A DNA stretch of 41,255 nt from an uncultured Methylococcaceae bacterium (GTDB lineage: Bacteria > Pseudomonadota > Gammaproteobacteria > Methylococcales > Methylococcaceae). The stretch covers positions 1 to 41,255 of the forward strand of contig CAIVXW010000040.1 of the NCBI GenBank assembly GCA_903910005.1. The letters are read 5' to 3'. The notes beneath the pieces were generated by a model. The model was not told where the DNA came from and ran no database searches. It saw nothing but the letters and a program-made list of their open reading frames with translations. Shown piece after piece: positions 5,441 through 14,907 of the stretch. Both the position numbers and the translations under genes were made by a program. Within the stretch, counting starts at the first letter, position 1. The number at the start of each line of letters is the position of its first letter.

Positions 5441-7879
5441 GTGTCTGCCATGTCACATCCCGCCCCTCACCACGCCGTCGTCCATCAACTCAAAAGGCGG
5501 CTGCGCGTTGCCGTTCCCGCCCTGAAACGTGACAGGGAACGGCTTTACATTCTTGAGATTCTGCTGCGTAAACGGGCCGGTATCCGTCATGTACGGCTTA
5601 TCGTGGAGTTGGGCCAGCTTGTCATTCACTTCCAGCCCCGGCACATCACCCCGTCAGAGCTTTTCAGCCTGCTGGACGCGCTTGTTCCCGGGCTGGGGCG
5701 TGGCTCCGTCGAGCCAGCCGTCCATTCGCCGCCACCGGCTGCAACCGAACAGGAATACCTGTTCGCGATTGAGGGCTTAAGCTGCACGTCCTGCGCCCTG
5801 CTGATAGAACTGGTACTGCGGCGTGATGCCCGGATACACACTGCCATGGTTAACCGTGCGGCAGAGACCGCCCGGGTCAGGGGCTTCATCAGCCAGGATG
5901 AACTGTTTGAACGGATCGGTCGTCTCGGCTACAAGGCATCGCCACTGGATACCCTGAGTCAGCGGCAAGTCCTGATGCAGCGGGAAGCGGAACGGCTACA
6001 CGCCGCACGTCGCCGGGCTCTGCTGGCCGGTCTGTTGACCGTGCCCGTCACCCTGCTGGCCATGCTGGACTGGCCGGGACGATTGTGGCGTTTCACCCAG
6101 TTCCTGTTGACCACCCCGGTCGTGTTGGGTACCGGTCGGGTGTTTTTTACCCGCGCCCTCGGGCTGGCCCGCCAGCGTCAGGCCAACATGGACAGCCTGA
6201 TTGCTCTCGGGGTTGGTTCTGCCTACGCCTACAGCACCACCGCCCTGCTCAGCGGTTATCCCCACCTTTATTTTGATGCGGCTGCCGGTATCATCAGTCT
6301 GGTGCTGGTGGGACGCTATCTGGAAGAGCGGGCCCGGGGGCACGCCCATGAGGCCATCCGCCAACTGGTCGAATTGCAACCGCGTACCGCCCTGCTGCTG
6401 GCGGGCGAGGTAGAAATACCGGTCGATGTTGACAACCTGAAACCGGGCGACATCCTGCGGATCAAGCCGGGTTCCCGCATTCCGGCTGACGGCACGGTCA
6501 TCGCGGGCCGTTCCACGGTTGACGAATCCCTCATGACCGGTGAAAGCCTGCCGGTGGTGAAAGAGGCCGGACACGCGGTAACCGGCGGCTGTGTCAACGG
6601 CAACGGGGTGTTGACGGTCAGGGTGGATGCCATCGGATCCGATACGGTGCTGGCCGGTATCATCGAGATGGTGGATCAGGCCCAGTCGGCCCGGCTCCCC
6701 ATTCAGCAGTACGTGGATCGGGTTTCTGCCGGGTTTGTGCCGGCCGTCATGTGGGCGGCTGCCGCCACCTTTGCGGGCGGATGGTGGGCGGGCATTCCCC
6801 TCACCACGGCCTTTGCCCGGGCCATCACCGTGCTGCTGATCGCCTGCCCCTGTGCGCTGGGGTTGGCGACACCGGCAGCCGTTATGGTGGGAGCCGGACA
6901 GGCCGCCCGCCGTGGCATTTACATCCGTAACGGAGCCAGCCTTGAAACGGCCACTCACCTGACCTGTCTGGTATTCGACAAAACCGGCACCATCACCGAG
7001 GGCAGACCCCGGGTCACCGGCTTTTACAATCATTCCGCCCGCACCGACGCCGAACTGCTGACCCTGATGGCAGCCGCTGAAGCCGGTTCGGAGCATTTTC
7101 TGGCCCGGGCCATTGTCGACCATGCCCTGCCCCGGGTAACGGTGATTCATCCCGTGACCGGCTTTGAAAACCATCCGGGTCAGGGCATTCGCGCAATGGT
7201 TGATACGCATACGGTTCTTCTGGGTAACCGCAGCCTGCTGGAACAGGCCGGCATTGATCTGAACGCCCTGCCGGATACCGGATTGCATCCGGCCTGGACC
7301 CCGGTTTTCTGCGCGGTTGATGGCGAGGTCGTGGCCACGCTGGGCATCGCCGATACGCCCCGGCCGGGGGCTGCCGAAGCCATTGAGCGTTTGCATCGCC
7401 GTGGCATGACCACCCTCATGGCGACTGGCGACGTTGAAACAACCGCCCGTGCAGTGGCTGCCCGGGTTGGCATACTCACCGTCATGGCCGAGGCTCGCCC
7501 GGAACACAAACTGCGCCTGATCAAACGACTGCAGGCTCAGGGTGAGCGGGTCGGCATGGTGGGTGACGGCATCAATGACGCACCGGCCCTGGCGGCAGCC
7601 GATGTCGGCTTTGCCATTGGCAGCGGTGCCGACATTGCCATGGAAACGGCGGACATGACCCTGCGTAACGGCGACATTGCCCGGGTCGCCGATGCCATAA
7701 CCCTCAGTACCGAGACACTGCGCGTCATTCGCCAGAATCTGGCCTGGGCTTTCCTTTACAATGTCATGGCCATTCCGGTGGCTGCCCTGGGCAAACTGAA
7801 TCCCATGATGGCCTCCCTGGCCATGGCACTCAGCTCGCTGTCGGTGGTCATCAACTCCCTCCGGCTCAAAAACCGTTGA
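5441..7879 (+). CDS. Heavy-metal (Cu+) translocating P1B-type ATPase
   Basis: An HMA domain with GLSCTSCALLIE is followed by TGES, a CPC motif (LIACPCALGLATP), DKTGTITEG and GDGINDAPALA. The P1B-1 transmembrane signatures YNVMAIP (YNx4P) and MALSS (MxxSS) are present. There is an extra HMA_2-like N-terminal domain. The start is either GTG 5441 or ATG 5450. Confidence 0.95.
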   Translation: MSAMSHPAPHHAVVHQLKRRLRVAVPALKRDRERLYILEILLRKRAGIRHVRLIVELGQLVIHFQPRHITPSELFSLLDALVPGLGRGSVEPAVHSPPPAATEQEYLFAIEGLSCTSCALLIELVLRRDARIHTAMVNRAAETARVRGFISQDELFERIGRLGYKASPLDTLSQRQVLMQREAERLHAARRRALLAGLLTVPVTLLAMLDWPGRLWRFTQFLLTTPVVLGTGRVFFTRALGLARQRQANMDSLIALGVGSAYAYSTTALLSGYPHLYFDAAAGIISLVLVGRYLEERARGHAHEAIRQLVELQPRTALLLAGEVEIPVDVDNLKPGDILRIKPGSRIPADGTVIAGRSTVDESLMTGESLPVVKEAGHAVTGGCVNGNGVLTVRVDAIGSDTVLAGIIEMVDQAQSARLPIQQYVDRVSAGFVPAVMWAAAATFAGGWWAGIPLTTAFARAITVLLIACPCALGLATPAAVMVGAGQAARRGIYIRNGASLETATHLTCLVFDKTGTITEGRPRVTGFYNHSARTDAELLTLMAAAEAGSEHFLARAIVDHALPRVTVIHPVTGFENHPGQGIRAMVDTHTVLLGNRSLLEQAGIDLNALPDTGLHPAWTPVFCAVDGEVVATLGIADTPRPGAAEAIERLHRRGMTTLMATGDVETTARAVAARVGILTVMAEARPEHKLRLIKRLQAQGERVGMVGDGINDAPALAAADVGFAIGSGADIAMETADMTLRNGDIARVADAITLSTETLRVIRQNLAWAFLYNVMAIPVAALGKLNPMMASLAMALSSLSVVINSLRLKNR

Positions 7880-7888
7880 GCCTTTGCC

Positions 7889-8698
7889 TCAAACCACACC
7901 CGCCAGTTGCGGCGGCAGCTCAATTTCCATGCTGACAGGCAGATGATCGGAACAGGGGGCGTGTATCACCCCCATCCGCTCGATTTTCAGGGCAGGGGTC
8001 ACCAGTATGTAATCCAGCATCATGCGCGGACTCCAACTGGGGAAGGTCATGATCTCCCGCTGCGGCGGACATAACCCGGTTTTTTGCCACAATACTTTCA
8101 ATTCAGGCGCGTCCGGACGGCAATTGAAATCGCCCATCATGATGACATGGGGTCGATGGCCAATCCGCTCTGCCAGGTATTCCAGTTGCCGTTGCCGGAT
8201 CTGCCGCAGCAATTCCAGATGAACCACCACCAGATACAGCGCGGTGGCTGCATCCTTGCCGTAACGTGCCCACAAGGCTCCCCGGCCGGGCAGGCCGGGT
8301 AATTTGTGATCCTCCACACAATCCGGACGCAAGCGGCTCAGCAAACCGTTGCTGTGCAGGGCCAGGGTGCCGAACCGCCGATTGATCTGATTGTGCCAGT
8401 AGGGGTAACCGGCCAGATGGGCCAGGTATTCGGCCTGTACCACATGATGACTGCGTGCCCCGCCGCCATCCACTTCCTGCAACCCCGCCAGGTCGAACGG
8501 AGTCAGGATTTTGGCAATCCGCTCCAGGTTGAGCAGTCGCTTGCGGGAAGGCCAGACATGTTGCCAGCTTCCCGTCAGGTATTCGGGATAACCGGCTGTG
8601 GCAATGCCGGTCTGAATATTGAAACTGGCCAGCCTGAGGCGGCGGGGTTCGGAACCGGCCGGTGCCTCAGATGCCGGTGGAGGAGGGGAGGCGGGCAT
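7889..8698 (-). CDS. Endonuclease/exonuclease/phosphatase (EEP) family protein
   Basis: LRLASFNIQTG near the N-terminus, LQEVD, MGDFNC and a C-terminal SDHLPV are classic EEP catalytic motifs. Confidence 0.8.
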   Translation of the reverse strand: MPASPPPPASEAPAGSEPRRLRLASFNIQTGIATAGYPEYLTGSWQHVWPSRKRLLNLERIAKILTPFDLAGLQEVDGGGARSHHVVQAEYLAHLAGYPYWHNQINRRFGTLALHSNGLLSRLRPDCVEDHKLPGLPGRGALWARYGKDAATALYLVVVHLELLRQIRQRQLEYLAERIGHRPHVIMMGDFNCRPDAPELKVLWQKTGLCPPQREIMTFPSWSPRMMLDYILVTPALKIERMGVIHAPCSDHLPVSMEIELPPQLAGVV

Positions 8699-8712
8699 GA
8701 ACGTCTGCCCCC

Positions 8713-9351
8713 TTATTTGCTGCGGGATTCCTGCCGGATCAGTTCATCCAGGATGGCGACCATCCTGGGAAAACTTTTGGCCTGGGAGGGGCTGATGCGG
8801 TACTTGCCGTTGACGATCAGGCTGGGGGTTCCGGTGATGCCATAGCGGGCTCCCATGGGTTCGGCCTGGCGCATTTTGGCATCCACCGCAAATGACTTGT
8901 AGGCCTTGCGGAACTCCGCCTCGGCCACACCGTGGCGGGCAAAAAACTGGCTCAGAACGTCTTCATTTTCCAGTTTTTCATGCTGATTCTGGATGGCCTC
9001 GTAGAAATCCGGGTGAAACCGATCCAGCACGCCCAGGGCGTCTGCCGTGAAAAACGCCTTGGCATGTGCTCCCCACAAGGCACTGAAAATGGCAGGCTGC
9101 CGGATGAATGCCACGTTGGCGGGTTTTCGCTTGAGCCAGGCATTCAGGTCCGGTTCAAAGTGGTAGCAATGGGGGCAGCCGTACCAGAAAAATTCCATGA
9201 CCTCAACCTTGGCAGCATCCTGCACCGGTTGGGGCGGGGTTACCAGTTCGTAGTCTACCCCGGCCTTGAATTCCTCTGCCTGAACCGGCACCAGGTGACT
9301 GCCCAGAAACAGGAATAGCAGGCTGATCCAGATCAAATGATGTTTTTGCAT
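8713..9351 (-). CDS. dsbA: Thiol:disulfide interchange protein DsbA
   Basis: Signal peptide MQKHHLIWISLLFLFLG, thioredoxin active site FFWYGCPHCYHFEP and GTPSLIVNGKY. GTGAGG RBS lies upstream. Confidence 0.9.
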   Translation of the reverse strand: MQKHHLIWISLLFLFLGSHLVPVQAEEFKAGVDYELVTPPQPVQDAAKVEVMEFFWYGCPHCYHFEPDLNAWLKRKPANVAFIRQPAIFSALWGAHAKAFFTADALGVLDRFHPDFYEAIQNQHEKLENEDVLSQFFARHGVAEAEFRKAYKSFAVDAKMRQAEPMGARYGITGTPSLIVNGKYRISPSQAKSFPRMVAILDELIRQESRSK

Positions 9352-9418
9352 GGTGACCTCACGGAGTCTGATGATGGAGGGAGTGTGGAGAAAAGCGGAT
9401 CATGAATCGTGATTCAGG

Positions 9419-10018
9419 TTATTTGAGTCCGGATATGAAGTCAGCCACCGCAGTAATTTCGTCATCGCTCAGTTTCAGGGCAGCGGTTCGCATCATGGCA
9501 TTCATGTCATTGCCCCGGACGCCGCCCCTGAAATCCTTCAGGGTCTTTTCCAGGTAAGCGGCATACTGCCCCCTGAGGGAGGGGATGACAGCCAGTGGAT
9601 TGCCCTTGCCGTGCGGATCATGACAGCCGCTGCAGGCCGCGACATGGGTCGCCGGATTGCCGGTTCGGTAGATTTTTTCACCCAGGGCATTGTGGGGAGG
9701 GGTCTCGGTGGTACCCTGCTGGCTGGCGTAGTAGGCACTCAAATCGGCGATGTCCTCATCGGACAGCATTTCCGAAATGGCATTCATGGTTGGATTGGGT
9801 CGCTTCTGGGACTTGAAATCGTAGAGCTGCTTGGCAATATAAGCGGCATGCTGACCGGCAAACTTGGGAAAGATCGGCGTTTCGCTGTTGCCATCCTGGC
9901 CATGGCAACCGGCGCAGGTGGCAGCCTTTTCCTGGCCAGCCGCCGGATTGCCGGCGGCCTCAACCCCTGAACAACCGGCCAGAATCATCAGGATGATGAG
10001 CAATTTTTTCTTGTACAT
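9419..10018 (-). CDS. Dihaem cytochrome c4
   Basis: Two CxxCH haem sites (CAGCHG and CSGCHD), each followed by a distal Met region. A signal peptide MYKKKLLIILMILAG is present. I prefer the ATG at 10018, which has GAGAGG 8 nt upstream, over the track start at 10045. Confidence 0.9.
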   Translation of the reverse strand: MYKKKLLIILMILAGCSGVEAAGNPAAGQEKAATCAGCHGQDGNSETPIFPKFAGQHAAYIAKQLYDFKSQKRPNPTMNAISEMLSDEDIADLSAYYASQQGTTETPPHNALGEKIYRTGNPATHVAACSGCHDPHGKGNPLAVIPSLRGQYAAYLEKTLKDFRGGVRGNDMNAMMRTAALKLSDDEITAVADFISGLK

Positions 10019-10174
10019 TTGAATACCTCTCGTCGTGAAAACCAAATTTAGGACGCCTCAGGGGGAAACCGCCTGACCAAAGCCCGGGTTCGTGGTGTCA
10101 ATCCCCTTAATTTGCCAATCAAATACGGGTACACTGGAAATGTCAACTCACCCTGTTCCGGTTTTCCCGCAAAG

Positions 10175-10825
10175 ATGAATCCGATTTACCGTAAAACCCA
10201 CTTTATTACCAGTGCCAACAGTCTGGGCTCAGCCCCCCCCGATGTCGGCAACGAGGTTGCCTTTGCCGGTCGCTCCAATGCCGGCAAGTCCAGTGCCATC
10301 AATGTCATCACTGCACAGAAGGCACTGGCCCGGGTCAGCAAGACACCGGGCCGAACCCGGTTGCTCAATTTTTTCCGGATTGACGAACACAAGCGGCTGG
10401 TCGATCTGCCCGGCTACGGCTACGCGGCAGTTCCGGGCGTCGTGCAGGATACCTGGCGCGACTTCCTGGAAGACTACCTGCTGGGACGCCGATCCCTGCG
10501 GGGGGTGTTTCTGTTGATGGACATACGCCATCCCCTGACTGATTTCGACCGACACATGATTGATTGGTGTGCGCGGGCCGGATTGCCGCTGCACATGGCC
10601 CTGACCAAAGCTGACAAACTGAGCCGGGGGGCCGCCCTGGGTGTGCTGCGTGAGGTAGGTCAGACGCTGGAGCGTACCGCCCTGACCCGCATCAGTACCC
10701 AGATTTTTTCCGCCCCCAAACGCATGGGGGTGGAACAGGCCCATCAGATTCTGGATGAATGGCTGGAATTTCAGCCGACCGGAATACCGTCTCCCTCAAT
10801 ACCCGATTCAGAACATAGCGTATGA
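10175..10825 (+). CDS. engB: Ribosome-biogenesis GTPase EngB/YihA
   Basis: G1 GRSNAGKSSAIN, G3 DLPGYGYA and G4 TKADK. The gene is divergent from cytochrome c4, as in many gammaproteobacteria. The track start 10112 is a TTG; ATG 10175 (MNPIYRKTHF) fits the family length. Confidence 0.92.
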   Translation: MNPIYRKTHFITSANSLGSAPPDVGNEVAFAGRSNAGKSSAINVITAQKALARVSKTPGRTRLLNFFRIDEHKRLVDLPGYGYAAVPGVVQDTWRDFLEDYLLGRRSLRGVFLLMDIRHPLTDFDRHMIDWCARAGLPLHMALTKADKLSRGAALGVLREVGQTLERTALTRISTQIFSAPKRMGVEQAHQILDEWLEFQPTGIPSPSIPDSEHSV

Positions 10826-11070
10826 GCAAATCATTTCAGATCCAGTTACAACGCCCGGCCAGCGAGATCATCGCCGAGGCACACGCAACCGCACAACGCA
10901 AGGGGGTTCGCTTTGAGGGCGATACCGCCAACGGGCGGTTTTCCGGTCTGGGCCTGGAAGGCCACTACACCATCGAAGGAAATACCCTGTCGGTTGAAGT
11001 AACCCAAAAACCGCTGCTGTTATCCTGGTCGATGATCGAAACGGCGGTCAAGGGTTATTTCTCGGGCTGA
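10822..11070 (+). CDS. Small hypothetical protein (82 aa)
   Basis: The ATG overlaps the engB stop (ATGA). Composition looks coding. I recognise no motif with confidence; the resemblance to small PHA-granule-region-type proteins is weak. Confidence 0.5.
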   Translation: MSKSFQIQLQRPASEIIAEAHATAQRKGVRFEGDTANGRFSGLGLEGHYTIEGNTLSVEVTQKPLLLSWSMIETAVKGYFSG

Positions 11071-11080
11071 ATGACCCGGC

Positions 11081-12574
11081 ATGGCTGAACATATCCTGTT
11101 CCTGACCGGCAAACTGGCAGAAGCCCAGTTGCGCCGTACCCTGGAAGACATGGTTCCGTCCTTTCGCTACACCGTGCAGGTACTCGGTGTTTCGGTGGCG
11201 GCCCTGATGACGGCCGACATGATCCAGCGACGCCTGAAGGATACCCTGGGGGCCGACCGGATTGTGGTACCTGGCCGTTGCCGGGGCGATCTTGCCGCCC
11301 TCTCTCTGGCACTGGGTGTGCCGGTCGAACGCGGCCCGGAGGAACTGCATGATCTGCCCTGGTTTTTTGGCAAGCAACGCAAACAGGCCGATTTATCCCG
11401 CTACGACTTGCTGATTTTTGCCGAAATCGTCGAGGCTCCCCGCCTGAGCGTGGCAGGCATACGGGCCCGGGCGGCGGACTACCGGCGACGCGGAGCCGAT
11501 GTGATTGATCTCGGCTGTCTGCCGTCAACGCCTTTTCCGCATCTGGTGGAATCCATCCAGGCTCTCAAGGCCGATGGCTTCAGGGTCAGCGTCGATTCGC
11601 TGGAAGCGGATGACCTGCTGTGCGGCGGCGAAGCCGGTGCTGATTATCTGCTCAGTTTGCACGAGGAGACCCTCTGGGTTGCCGATCAGGTGGCGTCTAC
11701 CCCCATACTCATTCCGGCCCGACCGGGAGATATGGCATCCCTTGACCGGGCCATCGAACGTATGCAGGCACTGGGGCGGCCCTTTCTGGCGGATCCCGTG
11801 CTGGATCCGATTCATTTTGGTTTTACTGAATCACTGGTGCGTTACCACGCCCTCAGGCAGCGTCATCCCGGCATTGAACTGATGATGGGGGTGGGCAACC
11901 TGACTGAACTGACCCACGCCGATACGGCGGGCATCAATGCCCTGCTGCTTGGAATTTGTTCGGAACAGGGTATTCGCCACATTCTGGCAACCGAGGTCAG
12001 TCGCCACGCCCGCAACGCCGTGGGCGAAGCCAACCTGGCCCGACGCATCCTTTACGCCGCCCGTCAGATCGGAGCCTTGCCGCGTTATTTTGATGAAGGG
12101 CTGATGGCCCTGCACGAACGGGCTCCCTACCCCCTTGGCCGGGACGACATTGAACAACTTCACCGGGGCGTGCGTGATCCGAGTTACCGCATCCAGGTGA
12201 GCCCGGACGGTATTCATGTATTCAATCGTGACGGTTTTCACACGGTGACCGATCCGTTTGACGCATACCCGGCCCTGAAGGTTGAACACGACGCCGGTCA
12301 TGCCTTTTATCTGGGGGTGGAACTGGCCCGTGCCCAGATTGCCTGGCAACTCGGTAAACGCTACACCCAGGACGAATCACTCAACTGGGGTTGTCAGGTT
12401 GAGCGAACCGCTGCAGGTGCCGATCCGCATACCTACAAACCGGCGGGCACCACCCTCACTTCAGTGGCTCAAACTGGGCGAAGCACTGCCCCGCTCCCGC
12501 CGGAGACGACGAGTCATAATGCAGTGACAGCAGACGCAGATGGCCAAGGCGACCGTATTCCGGGCCCGGACTGA
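11081..12574 (+). CDS. Dihydropteroate-synthase-related (pterin-binding) protein with an N-terminal extra domain (TIGR00284/DUF6513-like architecture)
   Basis: RRGADVIDLGC and the surrounding segment resemble the DHPS pterin-binding barrel. The ~500-aa architecture is the one I associate with methanopterin-type pterin pathways. The C-terminal 40 aa are low-complexity and overlap the convergent gene. Confidence 0.65.
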   Translation: MAEHILFLTGKLAEAQLRRTLEDMVPSFRYTVQVLGVSVAALMTADMIQRRLKDTLGADRIVVPGRCRGDLAALSLALGVPVERGPEELHDLPWFFGKQRKQADLSRYDLLIFAEIVEAPRLSVAGIRARAADYRRRGADVIDLGCLPSTPFPHLVESIQALKADGFRVSVDSLEADDLLCGGEAGADYLLSLHEETLWVADQVASTPILIPARPGDMASLDRAIERMQALGRPFLADPVLDPIHFGFTESLVRYHALRQRHPGIELMMGVGNLTELTHADTAGINALLLGICSEQGIRHILATEVSRHARNAVGEANLARRILYAARQIGALPRYFDEGLMALHERAPYPLGRDDIEQLHRGVRDPSYRIQVSPDGIHVFNRDGFHTVTDPFDAYPALKVEHDAGHAFYLGVELARAQIAWQLGKRYTQDESLNWGCQVERTAAGADPHTYKPAGTTLTSVAQTGRSTAPLPPETTSHNAVTADADGQGDRIPGPD

Positions 12575-13343
12575 GGCTGCGAAAATCAGTACCACCCAGC
12601 AATTGATGGGTGGTGGTATGAAAAAGCCGGGAGAGACAGCCATCGCGCAGCATGGTTTCCAGCATTCCGGGACCGGCAATGAGGTAAGCCCGGCCATAAC
12701 CCAGCCGTCCCAGGGCGTCCATCAGCAAGCCTCCCTCGACTTCGCGCCGGGTACCGGCAACCAGCACCGGATAGCCTTGATCCTGCCAGTAGGCTACCCG
12801 TTCCGCCCGGGCCTGCTGCCCGGTGGCGATGTAGCAGGCCTGTTCCGGCTGCAGAAACGCACGGGGCGGGGGGAAATCCAGGCTGGCACTGGCAATGACC
12901 ACGGCTGGCTGGTCAGGTAAACCCTGCAGGCTGCGCCAGCCCGGCAACTGTTTGCCCTGTGCATGCAGGCCAACCTGGAGGATGTTACCCAGACGTCCCG
13001 CCGCCAGCTCCTTCAAATAAGAGCCGTGGGTAATCAGGCAGTCAGCCTGGCAGTGCAATTCCAGAAACAGGCGGAAATCGTTTGCGTTGGTGAGTGACCG
13101 GGGCAGATACGGTCTGCCATCGCTGGCGGCCAGCGCGATACGTCCGTCCAGGCTGGACAGGAAATTGGCATAGACGAACGGAGCTTGCGGGGTACCGAAC
13201 CGGTGCAGTCCGAGTTGCAGATAGCAACCCGTCAGCGCGACCGGTTCAGCAGGGTCCGGATACAGACGCAACAGGGTGGATTCCACGCTGCCTGCCCCCG
13301 GATTGGTTTCAGCCGATTTCGCCATGATCCTGATCGTGGCCAT
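12456..13343 (-). CDS. RibD C-terminal-domain (DHFR-like) reductase family protein
   Basis: FVYANFLSSLDGRIA is the typical RibD_C/bifunctional deaminase-reductase motif, and the length and beta-alpha pattern are consistent. The start is 13343 or 13325; either overlaps the lplT 3' end. Confidence 0.62.
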   Translation of the reverse strand: MATIRIMAKSAETNPGAGSVESTLLRLYPDPAEPVALTGCYLQLGLHRFGTPQAPFVYANFLSSLDGRIALAASDGRPYLPRSLTNANDFRLFLELHCQADCLITHGSYLKELAAGRLGNILQVGLHAQGKQLPGWRSLQGLPDQPAVVIASASLDFPPPRAFLQPEQACYIATGQQARAERVAYWQDQGYPVLVAGTRREVEGGLLMDALGRLGYGRAYLIAGPGMLETMLRDGCLSRLFHTTTHQLLGGTDFRSLSPGPEYGRLGHLRLLSLHYDSSSPAGAGQCFAQFEPLK

Positions 13344-14595
13344 GAATTTTGGTCAGGACGGTCATGCCGGTGGCCACCAGCAAACCGAAAATGATCACAA
13401 TGGCATTGGCCGACAATTCTGCCTTGATCATCAGGGCATAAACGCCAAGCATCAACAAAACGCTGATGTTTTCATTGAAATTCTGCAAGGCGATTGAGTG
13501 ACCTGCCCCCATCAGCCGGTGGCCCCGGTGTTGCAGGAGGGCGTTCATGGGCACGACGAAATAGCCACCCATGGCACCGATCAGAGCCAGCACCGGCAGG
13601 GCAAGCTGCCAGTCATGAATCAAAACCATGGCCGAAACCGTCAGCCCCATGGCAATGCCCATGGGCAATACCTTGACCGAGTGTTCCAGCGGAACCAGGC
13701 GGGCTGCCGCCGCCGCCCCTACGCCGATTCCGATTGCAACAATGGCAGTCAACTGGGTGGAATGTTCCAGATCCAACTGCAGGGCAGTGGCGGCCCATAA
13801 CAGCACAATCAGGCGCAGGGTCGTGCCAGCCCCCCAGAACAGGGACGTCACAGCCAGTGACACCTGACCCAGCGGGTCTTGCCACAGTTGTTTGAAGCAG
13901 TGCCAGAAGTCCTGGATGATATAAAGCGGCGTCCGTTTGGCCAGGGTATGGTCGATGGGCAGCCGCGGCACGTAAAAATTGAACAGCGCGGCCAGAAAAT
14001 ACAACACCAGGATCGCTGCAATGGCAAATTCGGCGGCCGTATCAATGCCGAAGTTGTATTCAGCCTGAGTCAGTTGATTCGCCACCAGCCCGCCCAGGCG
14101 ATCACTGATGAGCAGTCCCCCGATGACGGCACCAAAAATGATGGCTGCTACCGTTAACCCTTCCATCCAGCCGTTGGCCCATACCAGTTTGCGCGGCGGA
14201 AAGTATTCGCAGATGATGCCGTACTTGGCGGGAGAATAAACGGCGGCCCCGACTCCGACCACGCCGTATGCCAGCAACGGGTGTACCCCGAACAGCATGG
14301 CGGCACAGGCCACGATCTTGACCGTATTGCTGATCAGCATGACCCGTCCCTTGGGCAGGGCATCGGCAAAGGGGCCGACGAAGGGAGCCAGCACGATATA
14401 GGCAAATACGAAAAACTGTTGCAGAACCGGCGTTTGCCAATCCGGTGCCTGCAAGTCCTTGAGCAGGGCGATGGCAGCAAACAGCAGGGCATTGTCGGCC
14501 AGGGCCGAGAAAAACTGGGCGGCAAGGATGAAATAAAACCCCCTGTTTGAGGCAGATTCCGGATCAAATGGGGTTACGCTGTGAGGGTTGGTCAT
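13309..14595 (-). CDS. lplT: Lysophospholipid transporter LplT (MFS)
   Basis: FYFILAAQFFSALADNALLFAAIALL closely matches the LplT N-terminal signature. About 12 TM segments are present. Confidence 0.8.
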   Translation of the reverse strand: MTNPHSVTPFDPESASNRGFYFILAAQFFSALADNALLFAAIALLKDLQAPDWQTPVLQQFFVFAYIVLAPFVGPFADALPKGRVMLISNTVKIVACAAMLFGVHPLLAYGVVGVGAAVYSPAKYGIICEYFPPRKLVWANGWMEGLTVAAIIFGAVIGGLLISDRLGGLVANQLTQAEYNFGIDTAAEFAIAAILVLYFLAALFNFYVPRLPIDHTLAKRTPLYIIQDFWHCFKQLWQDPLGQVSLAVTSLFWGAGTTLRLIVLLWAATALQLDLEHSTQLTAIVAIGIGVGAAAAARLVPLEHSVKVLPMGIAMGLTVSAMVLIHDWQLALPVLALIGAMGGYFVVPMNALLQHRGHRLMGAGHSIALQNFNENISVLLMLGVYALMIKAELSANAIVIIFGLLVATGMTVLTKIHGHDQDHGEIG

Positions 14596-14907
14596 GGGGT
14601 CATCTGATTTTTATGGCTTTGGCCGATAACAGGGCCTCAAGGCCGCAGGGCGGCGAGGCTGATCGGGTGGGTACTCAAGGTGAGCCAAACGATGATCGAG
14701 GCTGCTTGACGTAAACCGGCCTGCACGGTCTGATCCGGGCACAAACCCGGCCAACCGAACCGGTCGCCTTTCCCGTCCGGGAAAGACCCGGTATTATCCC
14801 TGAAAACAGATGAAATACTCCACGTCCGCCTTGAGTAATATGCACAGGCCTTTGCGTCCCGGGCCAGTTGCGGCTAGACTTCGCTCCCTTTGACCGAAGG
14901 CAGGCTC

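Noticed and set aside
5996-7507. 503-aa ORF antisense to the P-type ATPase
   Set aside because: It is fully embedded antisense in a gene with all P1B signature motifs, and it has low-complexity Gly/Arg/Gln-rich composition.
14596-14907. ~300-nt intergenic region upstream of dusB, scanned for a tRNA, a riboswitch (e.g. ZTP/THF) or an sRNA
   Set aside because: Only short generic hairpins are present (CTTTCCC-GTCC-GGGAAAG at 14768-14785, and CCGGG-N6-CCCGG). There are no tRNA T-loop or anticodon-arm features and no conserved riboswitch core that I could recognise. It is most simply a divergent promoter region.
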